A stretch of DNA of 64,000 nt from an uncultured Nitrososphaerota archaeon (GCA_963718895.1 CAVRAG010000008.1:1440001-1504000); one strand, 5' to 3'; counted from the stretch's first letter, positions 39,959-49,613 are shown. Translations and numbers: made by a program. The notes: generated from the sequence alone by a model not told the origin.

Positions 39959-40201
39959 TCACTTCAGTCCGTATCTCTTCCGCAGGTCGGGGGCGCGTCC
40001 GAGCCTGATTATCGGCTCTTTCTGGACTTCCAGGAGCTTGCGGATGTATTCCGGTCTGAACTCGGATTCCAGGACGATCTCCCTGTACTCTTTGGCGAGC
40101 TTGTTGATGGCCTGTGACTTGTCTCTTAAGCCGTATTGGGCCTTTAGGATGTTGATGACCCTATTTGCCTCATCGTCGATGTCGACGATCGCCTTGACCA
40201 T
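39959..40201 (-). CDS. DUF2683-like antitoxin
   Basis: MVKAIVDIDDEANRVINILKAQYGLRDKSQAI; abuts toxin gene. Confidence 0.85.
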   Translation of the reverse strand: MVKAIVDIDDEANRVINILKAQYGLRDKSQAINKLAKEYREIVLESEFRPEYIRKLLEVQKEPIIRLGRAPDLRKRYGLK

Positions 40202-40272
40202 ATTAATATGGCATTAATACGCCATTATTTAGAGCTACCGTCAGGGAGAGACGCGCCATCCACCGGTCGACC

Positions 40273-40303
40273 GTCATGCTAAGGTTCACTGCGCCTCCGC
40301 TGG
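40273..40303 (+). repeat. Cassette repeat copy
   Basis: GTCATGCTAAGGTTCACTGCGCCTCCGCTGG. Confidence 0.85.
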
Positions 40304-40446
40304 AGGCTCCTCGATCTCTCCGGATAGAGTAAGGCAAATCGCAGAAGATTCTCGGGTTCGGAGGCCAGCCTGACAAATCTTCCTGATGTATTGCTGAAAT
40401 AATCTTAATCTCCTCCTATCAATATCGCGCTTTCATACTATGTCTC

Positions 40447-40716
40447 ATGGAATCTCGAAGCAGATTCGACGTTGTGACCGGAATCCTGCTCGCGACGAAG
40501 GATGGAGCCTCGAAGGCAAGGATAACCAGCGAGAGCTCCCTCGCGCCATCCTTGGTCGAGCAGTGCCTGTTCTTCCTGCGGCTTTCGGACCTCATCAAGA
40601 AGGAGGAGGGAAGCGAGCTGTTCAGGCCGACCGAGAAAGGCAGCAATCTGATCAGTGACTATGAGCGCATCGACCGGACGATGGAAGGACGGTTAGTCCA
40701 GCCGTTGACGAGCTGA
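40447..40716 (+). CDS. Archaeal winged-helix protein
   Basis: RSRFDVVTGIL...FRPTEKG. Confidence 0.8.
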   Translation: MESRSRFDVVTGILLATKDGASKARITSESSLAPSLVEQCLFFLRLSDLIKKEEGSELFRPTEKGSNLISDYERIDRTMEGRLVQPLTS

Positions 40717-40767
40717 GAAGAGACCGATTTCGCTGCGCAGGAGGACTCGTTGCGTCCGGCACAATCA

Positions 40768-40818
40768 GCCTGCAGAGTCCTTGCGCCTCCGCCCAGGTAT
40801 TTCATCCATATGTTGGCT
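40768..40818 (+). repeat. Cassette repeat copy (supplies stop of membrane gene)
   Basis: GCCTGCAGAGTCCTTGCGCCTCCGCCCAGGTATTTCATCCATATGTTGGCT. Confidence 0.85.
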
Positions 40819-41203
40819 GCTTGCGTCTCAGCTTGCCGACAATGATCACAGCCAGTCCGGCTATTGCTACCAAGAAACCTCCATAGAATGGAAAGTAGTA
40901 GCCAGTCAGATTGCAAACCTCCATGCATAGGGTTTGGGTCAGAACCAGGAACGATCCGAAGGATACCAACAGTCCAATCGACACCGTCGTCCATCCAGCA
41001 TCCACGAAGAGGTTGGAGCGCGCGTTTGGAGTCCTCCACCTCTGAAGAACGCCAACACAGGTAAAGAGCCCGCCTCCCAGAACTCCCAGCACCCCGAAAT
41101 TGGCCAGAGCCAGGTCTTCATTCAGCGGACTGGCGTAGTAGTACAGGACCAACGCGACCGCTCCGAGCGTGACGAGTACCAAGCCCAGCCGGGAGAAGTT
41201 CAT
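40802..41203 (-). CDS. 4-TM membrane protein
   Basis: Four hydrophobic segments. Confidence 0.7.
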   Translation of the reverse strand: MNFSRLGLVLVTLGAVALVLYYYASPLNEDLALANFGVLGVLGGGLFTCVGVLQRWRTPNARSNLFVDAGWTTVSIGLLVSFGSFLVLTQTLCMEVCNLTGYYFPFYGGFLVAIAGLAVIIVGKLRRKQPTYG

Positions 41204-41312
41204 CGTTCCAACCTCACAGAATCGAGAATCTTCTCATCCTAAATGCGTTTGTCCGAATGCAAATGACCGTAGCCTCCAGCCATTGGCTTCTAACCAATGG
41301 AAGAGATGTCTT

Positions 41313-41338
41313 GCCATGTATAGGGTTCATTGCGCCTC
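41313..41338 (+). repeat. Cassette repeat copy (left arm + core)
   Basis: GCCATGTATAGGGTTCATTGCGCCTC. Confidence 0.92.
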
Positions 41339-41364
41339 GTTGAGCACTCTTGTCATCAACTGCA

Positions 41365-41544
41365 TCATTCCTTCTTCTGCTTGCTTCCGATCTCAACCAT
41401 CTGGAACTGGCACTGGTACTTCTTTCCGTTGAGATCCAATTTTTGGGTAGCCCAGTAGCCGACTGATCCAGTGCTGAACTTCTTCTCGGGGAGACCGATG
41501 TCGGCGATCTTTTGCGATCCTTCATAGAGTTCGATGCGTGGCAT
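41365..41544 (-). CDS. Small hypothetical protein (59 aa)
   Basis: KKFSTGSVGYW...KKYQCQFQMVEIGSK; fills a ~270-bp unit. Confidence 0.65.
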   Translation of the reverse strand: MPRIELYEGSQKIADIGLPEKKFSTGSVGYWATQKLDLNGKKYQCQFQMVEIGSKQKKE

Positions 41545-41610
41545 GAGCGCCAACGCACCGTCAGGCGTAGTTAAGACTGCCCTCGGGGCCAACTGCATTC
41601 CCGATGAGCT

Positions 41611-41651
41611 GTTATTGCGCCTCCGCCGGTCCATTTCATCCATGCGTTGGA
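41611..41651 (+). repeat. Cassette repeat copy (core + right arm)
   Basis: GTTATTGCGCCTCCGCCGGTCCATTTCATCCATGCGTTGGA. Confidence 0.92.
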
Positions 41652-41760
41652 CAATTCTACACCGGCGATCGTTCTGCATACGGATGCGTCTGGCCGACTT
41701 ATGGGAATGCCGCGTTCAGAGCGAAGAGAGCGAGGAAGGGCGCGGACGTCGCCGCGCCCT

Positions 41761-43488
41761 TCAAGAGGTTCCCGCGGTCTTGCCGGCGACCCAGCCAAAG
41801 AACGTGGCGGGACCAACCGTTGCGCCGCCTCCTGGGTAGGCTGCTCCGAACGGAGAGGCCGAATCGTTCCCAGCCGCATAGAGCCCGGGGATTGGGTTGC
41901 CCAGCTTGTCGAGGACTTGGGCGCTGGAGTTGATTCTCGGACCTCCTGAGGTGCCTATTGTGCCTGGATCTATCTCCAGTCCATAATACGGTGGAGTTTG
42001 GATTGGCCCCAGGCATATGTTCTTCAGGTCGGTTCTCTTGGGATCGCCCGTAGTATTGAGGTCGAAGCTGAACACTCCGCGATTGAAGTCGGGGTCAACT
42101 CCGTTCGCCGCGTACTGGTTGAACTGCGTGACGGTTGCTTGAAGCCCACTTGGGTTGATGTTAAGAGCGGCAGCCAGGGCTTGGAGCGTGTTCGCTGAGG
42201 AAACGTAGCTTGGCTGTTTCGAACCGGGTAGGTATGTCACGAAACCGTAGTTGTTGACGCAAGTCTGATCCAAGATCGCGTAGGCAGGCATGTTCGGGTA
42301 GCCGTATGTTGCGTTGGACCATTCGTAGAAGGTCCTGTTGATTACTGGGTACGCTGACGATTCGTTCGTAAACCTCTCCCCGGCACTGTTGACGATTATC
42401 ACCCCGGGTTTTCCGCGGATGAGACCCCAGTCTGCAACGCCACCATTTGGAGTATTGTAGTGAGGGCAGCCCCATGCGTTGTTCATGTTGCGAATATCCG
42501 CTCCCGCAGCCATCGCCATTAGGATGCCGTCCCCGGTGTTCCCAAGGGCGGCGCTTGTGAAATGCACCGGTCCGCGCTGGTAGTTTGACATCATCTCAGC
42601 GTTTTGGTCGTATCCTCCCGCCGCAAGGATGACTCCCTTCTTGGCCGCGATGTTGATGGTTGACCCGCTGGAGGTGGCCTTCAAACCCAATATGCGTCCA
42701 GTCGCATCCATGTAGAGTGCCGTAGCGGGTGTTGAAGTCATGATCGTTCCGCCCTTGCTCTTCACCGCTGCGTTGAGAGTCTGAATGATCCCGGCCCCGG
42801 CGGCGCTGATCCCAGGGCCACCACCGGTTGGAGAAACCTGAAGCCCGGTTCCTTGCGCCCCGGGTACATTGTAGTAACAGACGAACGTGGTGGCCAAAAC
42901 GAACGTCATCCCGTATACCTGAATGAGGTGATCGACCCATCCAGGCGACCCCTGCAGGTAGGTTGTCAGGAGGTTCTGATCCAGCTCGCTTTCCCCGATC
43001 GCACTCAAGTATTGCTGAAGGTTCGACGACGAGATAGTTGCAGGCGAGGCCGCCACCGCCAGACTCGAGTTCGGAACCCACATCCCCCCGCCTGAGACGC
43101 CCGTCGTCCCACCTACCGCCGGTGCCTTCTCCAGCACTATGACGCTCGCTCCAGACTCCAGTGCGCCGACCGCGGCCGAGAGCCCTGCTCCGCCCGCACC
43201 CACCACGACCACGTCGGCCGTGTGATCCCAGGTCGAAGGGATGCTGAGTACGAGATTGGAGGGTATCGTCTGCGTTGCAGCCTGAGTCACGGTGCTCGTG
43301 ACAGCCGGTAGTGTGCTTGTCGAAGTCGAGACCGACGTCGTGGTTACAGTATTAGTCTTGGGGAACCCATATGCGCCAATCGCGGCCCCGGCTACAGCGC
43401 CGATGACCAACCCTCCGCCTACACCAGCTACGAACTTCCGCCTTGACATGGCATTTTTCTTGTCGTTATCAGAAGAACCTGTTGACAT
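41761..43488 (-). CDS. Tat-exported FAD-dependent oxidoreductase (fumarate reductase/KstD-like flavoprotein)
   Basis: SRRKFV signal; VVVGAGGAG; GERFTNE; GLYAAGN. Confidence 0.9.
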   Translation of the reverse strand: MSTGSSDNDKKNAMSRRKFVAGVGGGLVIGAVAGAAIGAYGFPKTNTVTTTSVSTSTSTLPAVTSTVTQAATQTIPSNLVLSIPSTWDHTADVVVVGAGGAGLSAAVGALESGASVIVLEKAPAVGGTTGVSGGGMWVPNSSLAVAASPATISSSNLQQYLSAIGESELDQNLLTTYLQGSPGWVDHLIQVYGMTFVLATTFVCYYNVPGAQGTGLQVSPTGGGPGISAAGAGIIQTLNAAVKSKGGTIMTSTPATALYMDATGRILGLKATSSGSTINIAAKKGVILAAGGYDQNAEMMSNYQRGPVHFTSAALGNTGDGILMAMAAGADIRNMNNAWGCPHYNTPNGGVADWGLIRGKPGVIIVNSAGERFTNESSAYPVINRTFYEWSNATYGYPNMPAYAILDQTCVNNYGFVTYLPGSKQPSYVSSANTLQALAAALNINPSGLQATVTQFNQYAANGVDPDFNRGVFSFDLNTTGDPKRTDLKNICLGPIQTPPYYGLEIDPGTIGTSGGPRINSSAQVLDKLGNPIPGLYAAGNDSASPFGAAYPGGGATVGPATFFGWVAGKTAGTS

Positions 43489-43721
43489 ACGATTCGATTG
43501 GTAAGGGTCAATCCAGGTATATACAGCGCCTAGACGATTCTCAGAATTGAGAAGTGTCGCAGAATGGCCGAGGAAACGACGAGGAATCCCCAGGCCCGTC
43601 GGTTTGTTCTTCACTCCACAATGACCTACGATCTTCTGAATCCCCTTTTGAATCTAGATTCGCTTGACGATTCTTCCCCAATGGGTATGGTCCGACTCTC
43701 GCGGTGGAGGCAGATCTGGGC

Positions 43722-44699
43722 TCAGAGAGGGGTGACCGTCGCGGGGGCAGGGCTCGGCCGAGCCCTGCGAGCCCTAACGAGTACCATGGCGACCGCCCCT
43801 GTGAAGGCGGCGACGCCTGCTGCGGCGACCCAGGTCACGGGTGACAGGTAGACTGGGGTCGGCTCGATGCTCAGCGAGTTCCCTGAAGCCACCGCGTAGC
43901 CGCGCGTCACGATCTCGGCGGATGGGTCTGACGTGACCTTGAGCGAGTATGTCTGCCCATCGTTGGTGTATGTCGTGGAGAGCGACGATGACCCGCTTAT
44001 CGTCTTCGAGAAGGTAGTTGTGTTCGTCAGCGAGTTGTACGACTTGGTCCAGGTCGTGAGCGGTGCGCTTAGGCTGGAGAAGTTCAGCGTCGGCATGTTC
44101 CATAGCCCATCGCCGCCGAACATACCCGTCACTGCCCCGAGTCCGTTGTCCCTGCCCACCATCGACCAGGCTATCGTCGAGCCGAGAAGGTTGATGTCGA
44201 CCGAGTGTCCCTGGAAGTCAAGATCGAGCGCGCCGTCGACGTGAAAGGCCCTCCATCCTAGGTCGGCTGTCACCGTCCCGTTGACGACCTTGAAGACGCC
44301 TTTGACCGTCGCGGTGATGTTGGTGTCTTTGTTTATGACGAGCGCAGTTGCGTTCGCCTTTGCGCTGTAGTTCGTGGAGACGGTCATGTTCTGTATGGAG
44401 ACCGACCTGCCCTCGTCGTCGTGCAGGTGGTTCACGAGATCAGAGATGCCCTGACTGCCGGCGTTGAACGTCCCGGAGGCGGTATCGGACTGCGAGAATC
44501 CCTTGAGATACTTGGAAAGAGTTGAATTAGCGGGATACGCGAGAACCACGTGAGTCGAGCTCACGCTGGTCATGGTTGCAGCCCCCGTCGAGGGGTCAAG
44601 GTCGACCTTCAGGGTCGAGGCTGCTGCCGCGGGCGCCAAAGAAAGGAGCGCGAGCGCGAGCACGCAGAGCGGTGCAGCACCTCTTGCGATCTTTTGCAT
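43722..44699 (-). CDS. Secreted protein with C-terminal TM anchor
   Basis: Signal peptide, beta-rich body, TM plus basic tail. Confidence 0.8.
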   Translation of the reverse strand: MQKIARGAAPLCVLALALLSLAPAAAASTLKVDLDPSTGAATMTSVSSTHVVLAYPANSTLSKYLKGFSQSDTASGTFNAGSQGISDLVNHLHDDEGRSVSIQNMTVSTNYSAKANATALVINKDTNITATVKGVFKVVNGTVTADLGWRAFHVDGALDLDFQGHSVDINLLGSTIAWSMVGRDNGLGAVTGMFGGDGLWNMPTLNFSSLSAPLTTWTKSYNSLTNTTTFSKTISGSSSLSTTYTNDGQTYSLKVTSDPSAEIVTRGYAVASGNSLSIEPTPVYLSPVTWVAAAGVAAFTGAVAMVLVRARRARPSPAPATVTPL

Positions 44700-44857
44700 G
44701 AAACAGATGAGGATTCGCTGGCACAATAAACTCACGCTTTTGAACGGACTTTCAATGTCATTTTTCCAGGTTCCAGTGGCTGGAACTGATAGTGTTTAGT
44801 CTAAACAGAACCACATCGTGAGACCAACTGCTCCACTTGCAGACCTTCAAAGGCATA

Positions 44858-44887
44858 CCATGCGTAGGGTTCATCGCGCCTCCGCCG
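44858..44887 (+). repeat. Cassette repeat copy
   Basis: CCATGCGTAGGGTTCATCGCGCCTCCGCCG. Confidence 0.92.
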
Positions 44888-44986
44888 ACCGTCGGAAGCT
44901 GGGGGACGCCCAAAGTGGGTCGCGAAGGCCCGGCGAGGGTCGGCCACGTGGAAAGCTTAACTCACATTTCCCTCATCATTCAGCAC

Positions 44987-45767
44987 ATGGAACTGCAGGG
45001 AAAGGTCGCGGTAGTGACAGGAGGATCGCGCGGTATCGGAAAAGCAATCGCCAAGACCTTCGCCCGTGAGGGAGCTCACGTGGTGGTGAACTATGTCCAG
45101 GCCTCGGCAGAGGCGAGCAGGGTCGTGGAAGAGATTAGGATGGCGGGAGGAAGTGCAATATCGGTCATGGCCGAGGTTTCGCAGAGGGTCCAAGCGCAGA
45201 AGCTTGTGGACGAGGCGGTCAAGACGTTCGGAAGGCTCGACGTCCTCGTTAACAATGCGGGAATCAGAAGCGAAGGGACGATACTCGACACGACCGAAGA
45301 GGACTGGGACAGAACGATGGATGTCAATCTCAAGGGTCCCTTCAACTGCATGCAGGCAGCAGGAAAGGTCATGGTCCAGCAGAGGTACGGCAAGATAGTG
45401 AACATTTCTTCGATATCTGGTCTCGGCGGTGCTCCGGGGGGAGAGTTGGCCTACAGCTGCTCGAAGGCGGGTCTAATCAGCATGACTCTGGTCGCTTCGC
45501 TTGATCTGGGTCAGTATGGAATCAACGTCAACTGCGTTGCACCTGGCTGGACGGTCACAGACATGGTTCTTCGGGCCGCGGGTAGCGAGAAGAGGCTGGA
45601 TGAGTTGAAGCAAATCAAGGCCCGCATGGCATCGATGGGGAGGGTCGGAGGATCCTCAGGACATAGCCAACGTAGCCCTGTTTCTGGCCTCAGACGCGTC
45701 GAGCTTCATCTCCGGACAGGTCATCGTGGCGGACGGCGGACGGAAGGACTTCATGAGTCACGCATGA
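44987..45767 (+). pseudogene. FabG-like SDR with +1 frameshift near 45650 (real or sequencing error)
   Basis: TGGSRGIG and YSCSK; C-terminal [30 protein letters not shown] lies in another frame. Confidence 0.85.
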
Positions 45768-45820
45768 TGGCGCGCGCCTTCCATTCCAGTCTACGCTATA
45801 TCACTATCAGGGATAATTGA

Positions 45821-45876
45821 GACATGTGTAGGTTCATTGCGCCTCCGCGGGTCCATTTCATCCACACGTTGGGCTA
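45821..45876 (+). repeat. Cassette repeat copy (full length)
   Basis: GACATGTGTAGGTTCATTGCGCCTCCGCGGGTCCATTTCATCCACACGTTGGGCTA. Confidence 0.95.
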
Positions 45877-46032
45877 GTGCTCAAGGTTCTTCCTGAGGCT
45901 GATAACGAGTTCGAGTGCTTCGAGCTCCTCGAACAGCGTTTCTGGACTCCTAAGGGGCGCCCTCACAACTCGTCTCTTGAGTCTTCTTTCAAGGGATACG
46001 AGCAGCTTTAGGAGCTCTTCGTCTTCTTCCAA
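45874..46032 (-). CDS. Small helical protein (52 aa); TAG stop overlaps repeat end
   Basis: TTG-EEDEELLKLLVSLERRLKRRVVRAPLRSPETLFEELEALELVISLRKNLEH-TAG. Confidence 0.5.
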   Translation of the reverse strand: MEEDEELLKLLVSLERRLKRRVVRAPLRSPETLFEELEALELVISLRKNLEH

Positions 46033-46193
46033 GTTCTATGACTGCTCCAGCCCTCTAGCGCTTTGTCTATGACTTCGTCCAGTGCTTTTGGATTAGCGAG
46101 AATGCTGTGAAGCTTCTTTCTTTCCGTTTCGCTCAGAGGCTCTTCCAGAGACAATCCGATCAACTCTTTGATGTTGCACGGGCTTATGAACAT
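46008..46193 (-). CDS. Small hypothetical protein
   Basis: 61-aa ORF overlapping the downstream small ORF. Confidence 0.4.
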   Translation of the reverse strand: MFISPCNIKELIGLSLEEPLSETERKKLHSILANPKALDEVIDKALEGWSSHRTWKKTKSS

Positions 46194-46207
46194 AGTGGAA
46201 GTTGTTA

Positions 46208-46263
46208 GCCATGCACAGGGTTCATTGTGCCTCCGCCGGGGCATTTCATCCACTAGTTGGGCT
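46208..46263 (+). repeat. Cassette repeat copy (full length)
   Basis: GCCATGCACAGGGTTCATTGTGCCTCCGCCGGGGCATTTCATCCACTAGTTGGGCT. Confidence 0.95.
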
Positions 46264-46340
46264 ATAGGTGCTAGAATGAGAGATGTGAACTCAAAGTCGA
46301 AGGCTACTAGCTAGGGGTTCCGCATTCGCGGGCCGAAAAG

Positions 46341-46853
46341 ATGAAATCTGATGCGCGTCCGGACCATCAAGACTTGGTAGACGCCACCGACCTCACGCTG
46401 ATAGCGACATTTGTGCAGACTTCCGTGATCACCTTGACACTGCTTGTCTTCATCTTCCAGTTCCGCAGCCAAGAGAAAGCGATTCGGGAATCATCATACC
46501 AAAACCTCCTCGGAAGGTACAACGAATACGTCATGTCAGGCTCGGGCACGGATGACCAACTCCTCGCGCGGCTCTTCTCGAACGAGGCCGAGAGGCCCTC
46601 CCTCGATGAGCTAGCCGTGGTTCGACGTCTCATGATAGCCTATGGGATCATCGAGGAAGCCTACGAGCTCTACGAGAAAGGGTGGATCGATGAAGAGACT
46701 TGGGAGCAGTGGGCTGCATGGCTAAGAGCCATCTCCAAGCATCCCCGGTTCCGAACTCTCCACGCCGGAGCCACCGGGATGTTCGACAAGGATTTCCAAG
46801 AGTACGTCACGCGGATAATCGAATCGAACGGCTCATCCGGGCCAAGAGAGTAG
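46341..46853 (+). CDS. Hypothetical protein with N-terminal TM
   Basis: TM helix, then EEAYELYEKGWIDEETW. Confidence 0.75.
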   Translation: MKSDARPDHQDLVDATDLTLIATFVQTSVITLTLLVFIFQFRSQEKAIRESSYQNLLGRYNEYVMSGSGTDDQLLARLFSNEAERPSLDELAVVRRLMIAYGIIEEAYELYEKGWIDEETWEQWAAWLRAISKHPRFRTLHAGATGMFDKDFQEYVTRIIESNGSSGPRE

Positions 46854-46937
46854 ACCGTTTCCCTGAGGCACGGCATGTGGATGAGGCATTAATCGCGAAT
46901 CTCCAGCATCGACTGCGGTTGTAAAGCTTGAGACGCG

Positions 46938-47261
46938 TTACGCTTGCACTAGCAGCACCTCACGAACCTCCACCGAACCGCCGTTCTCGAAGATCGGACA
47001 TGCCTTGAGCTTTGAAACGGCACTGTCGTAGTCGTCAGCTTCTATCACGATGTATCCTCCGACTAGCGAGCTACTGAACTCAACATCCGAGACCTTTTCG
47101 CCGTTTTTGCCGGAGATTATCTTGCCCTCCGGCCTAAGCCTGTTTCCAAGCCGCATGTCTTTTGAGACATCTTTGGCCCAATTGGCAAAGCGGCTTAGAT
47201 AATCATCAGTCAATTTCTCCCTTGGCAATCCACCACGGAACAGAACGACATAGGCGTTCAT
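46938..47261 (-). CDS. YCII-related protein
   Basis: YVVLFRGG, VGGYIVIEADDYDSA, CPIFENGGSVEVR. Confidence 0.88.
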   Translation of the reverse strand: MNAYVVLFRGGLPREKLTDDYLSRFANWAKDVSKDMRLGNRLRPEGKIISGKNGEKVSDVEFSSSLVGGYIVIEADDYDSAVSKLKACPIFENGGSVEVREVLLVQA

Positions 47262-47367
47262 CTGAAACCGGTATCCAAAGCTCATTCATCAACATGTTCA
47301 CCGTTAACCTAGAGCCAATGTATCCGAAAGCACCAGTCTTGACCGGGCTCTTTGCCTTCGCGGCCAG

Positions 47368-47993
47368 CTACTTGGCAATAACAGTGAGCGAGTTGGAGAC
47401 CTGAGGTCCTCCCGGAGTCGTCTGGTAGCTGAAAACCAGCGAATAGGTCCCTGGAGCCGGGAAATCGATGCTGCCCATCTCGTCGCCCGAGGGGCAGAAG
47501 ATAGCCCCGGGTGTGCAAATCTCGCTCTGCTCCAAAGGTACTATCTGCCATGGGCAGTTGCTGCCGGTGCACGACAACGTCGGGAGTGATATCACTCCGT
47601 TCCCAAAGAATGTGACCGCGACTTCGCTGTCCATGGGAACGGTCACCGAGTAGCTCTCGCCCTGAATGATCTGGAACTTACAGACCATGGGGACGGTGCT
47701 GTTGTCGATGCAGTCTATCCAAAAGCTGGGAGCCGCTGCACTCGTCGAGGTTGTCGCGATCTGCGAAGACAAAGCGCAGGCACTAGTCGAGTAGGTCGTG
47801 GAGGTCCCAGTCGAGGAGCCCCCGGGGTTCGGGGATAGCGTGGTCTGAGTTGTCTCGCCTGCTGATGTGGTAGGTAGTGGTTGCTGGGCCGACATAGAGC
47901 TGGAGAGTACGAACGCAACTGTCCCAAACAAGATTATGATGATGACTACTATGACTAGAGAGACGGTCCCAACCCCCTCCTTCGAGGAGCCAT
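47368..47993 (-). pseudogene. Ser/Thr/Cys-rich surface protein; class III signal peptide out of frame at a G5 run
   Basis: ATG 47993 gives MAPRRRG; adding one G restores VGTVSLVIVVIIIILFG and the 47931 ORF. Confidence 0.6.
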
Positions 47994-48099
47994 AGCAGTG
48001 CAGTCATGATGGCGGCTTTTGATTGATAGTTATGTCCGAATGATACTAAACGTAACCTCCAGCCATTGCTCTTGCTAAGATGCCGTAAAGAATGGCAGT

Positions 48100-48155
48100 G
48101 CCATGCATAAGGGTTCATTGCGCCTCCGCCGGGGATGATTACCCACACGTTCGGC
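48100..48155 (+). repeat. Cassette repeat copy (full length)
   Basis: GCCATGCATAAGGGTTCATTGCGCCTCCGCCGGGGATGATTACCCACACGTTCGGC. Confidence 0.93.
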
Positions 48156-48244
48156 ACTGTGATGGTGGTCATCGGAAGTCATGGAGTGGACTACGGCGAT
48201 GCTTATAGGCAACAGGTTGTCTCAGTCCCGCCCAGAACCAGCTG

Positions 48245-49597
48245 ATGAAACTCCGAGGTCGCGCCATCGTCCTGATCGTGCTTCTCGTCTTTGTTCCCTT
48301 GACCTCGATACTGACCGCCTCGCCGGCTCATGCCGGAGGACCTTACCCCGCTGCCTGTTACACAAGCGTGCCCCCCTATGGGCACATGTGCATCGTCCTA
48401 GGCCAGCCGGACTTCACCACCGTGACCGCGGGTCAACCCTCCAGTCCCACAACGATCGGCAACCCCACAGCGGTGGCCTTTGACTCCAAGGGAGACCTCT
48501 GGGTAGTCGACAGCAGCAACAATCGGGTCCTGGAGTACGAGCCTCCCTTCACGACCGGAGAAGCAGCCAGCCTGGTGATCGGCCAGACGAGCCTCACCGG
48601 TTCGGGAGACTCCTCGCCAGCAGGGAGCCTGTTCGGCCCCACGGGCATCGCGTTCGACCCGAGCGGCAACCTCTGGGTGGTCGACACCGGTAACAACAGG
48701 GTCCTTGAGTTCAAGACCCCGTTCTCCAACGGGGAATCTGCGTCGCTGGTCATCGGGCAGCCCACCTTCGGCGGCTACATCGGCCAGACGACATCAGGGG
48801 GCCTGAATGCCCCTTCCTACGTCGCCTTTGACCCGAGCGGGAACCTCTGGGTGACCGACCAGGGCAACAACAGGGTCCTCGAGTTCGCCGCCCCGTTCTC
48901 CATCGGCGAGAAAGCATCCGTGGTGATTGGTCACGCAAACTTTACTTCGTTCGCCCCCTCATCGACTGTAACTGCGAAGAGCCTGTTTGAGCCTATCGGA
49001 ATAGCATTCGACTCGAAGGGAGACTTGTGGGTGGCCGACAGTGGGGACGACCGGGTTCTTGAATACACCGCGCCATTCTCAATTGGTGACAGTGCTGCTA
49101 TTGCGGTCATTGGCCAGTCGAGCTTGACCGGAACCTCGACCGGGCTGCATGCCTATGCCATCGCATTCGACTCCGGCGGCAACCTGTGGGTCTCGGACGG
49201 GATCAGCGGAGTCGCGGAGTACGAGGGTCCCGTGTCCACCGGCGAAGCAGGCTATCAGGCGATAGGCCCGACTGTCAATGGCACCGGTACATCGCCTGGC
49301 GACAAGCTGCGCGACCCTCAGGGGATCGCTTTCGACGCGAACGACAACCTGTGGGTCGCGGACTACGACCACGGCAGGGTCGTGGTGTATGGCAGTGCAG
49401 TCATTCGCACGACATCCAGTTCCTCTTCTTCGTCGACCACGTCGACCACGACATCAGGGGGAGGAGTTCCGGAGTTCCCCTATCAATTGGCGGCGGCGGT
49501 TGCCTTCACCGTCCTCATTGCCGCCTCCTACCTATTGGTTCGACGCCGCATGAAGCCATGGACTGATGCAAGTCAAGCGAAGCCAGCACCTAGCTAG
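48245..49597 (+). CDS. NHL-repeat beta-propeller surface protein with PEF-CTERM-like tail
   Basis: Six AFDxxGxLWVxD repeats; VPEFP-TM-RRR. Confidence 0.92.
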   Translation: MKLRGRAIVLIVLLVFVPLTSILTASPAHAGGPYPAACYTSVPPYGHMCIVLGQPDFTTVTAGQPSSPTTIGNPTAVAFDSKGDLWVVDSSNNRVLEYEPPFTTGEAASLVIGQTSLTGSGDSSPAGSLFGPTGIAFDPSGNLWVVDTGNNRVLEFKTPFSNGESASLVIGQPTFGGYIGQTTSGGLNAPSYVAFDPSGNLWVTDQGNNRVLEFAAPFSIGEKASVVIGHANFTSFAPSSTVTAKSLFEPIGIAFDSKGDLWVADSGDDRVLEYTAPFSIGDSAAIAVIGQSSLTGTSTGLHAYAIAFDSGGNLWVSDGISGVAEYEGPVSTGEAGYQAIGPTVNGTGTSPGDKLRDPQGIAFDANDNLWVADYDHGRVVVYGSAVIRTTSSSSSSSTTSTTTSGGGVPEFPYQLAAAVAFTVLIAASYLLVRRRMKPWTDASQAKPAPS

Positions 49598-49613
49598 CTT
49601 TCTTTTGTGTTAC

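Noticed and set aside
46872-46890. Possible inverted repeat copy (CATGTGGATGA on + strand)
   Set aside because: Only 11 nt match to one arm, with no core; compatible with chance.
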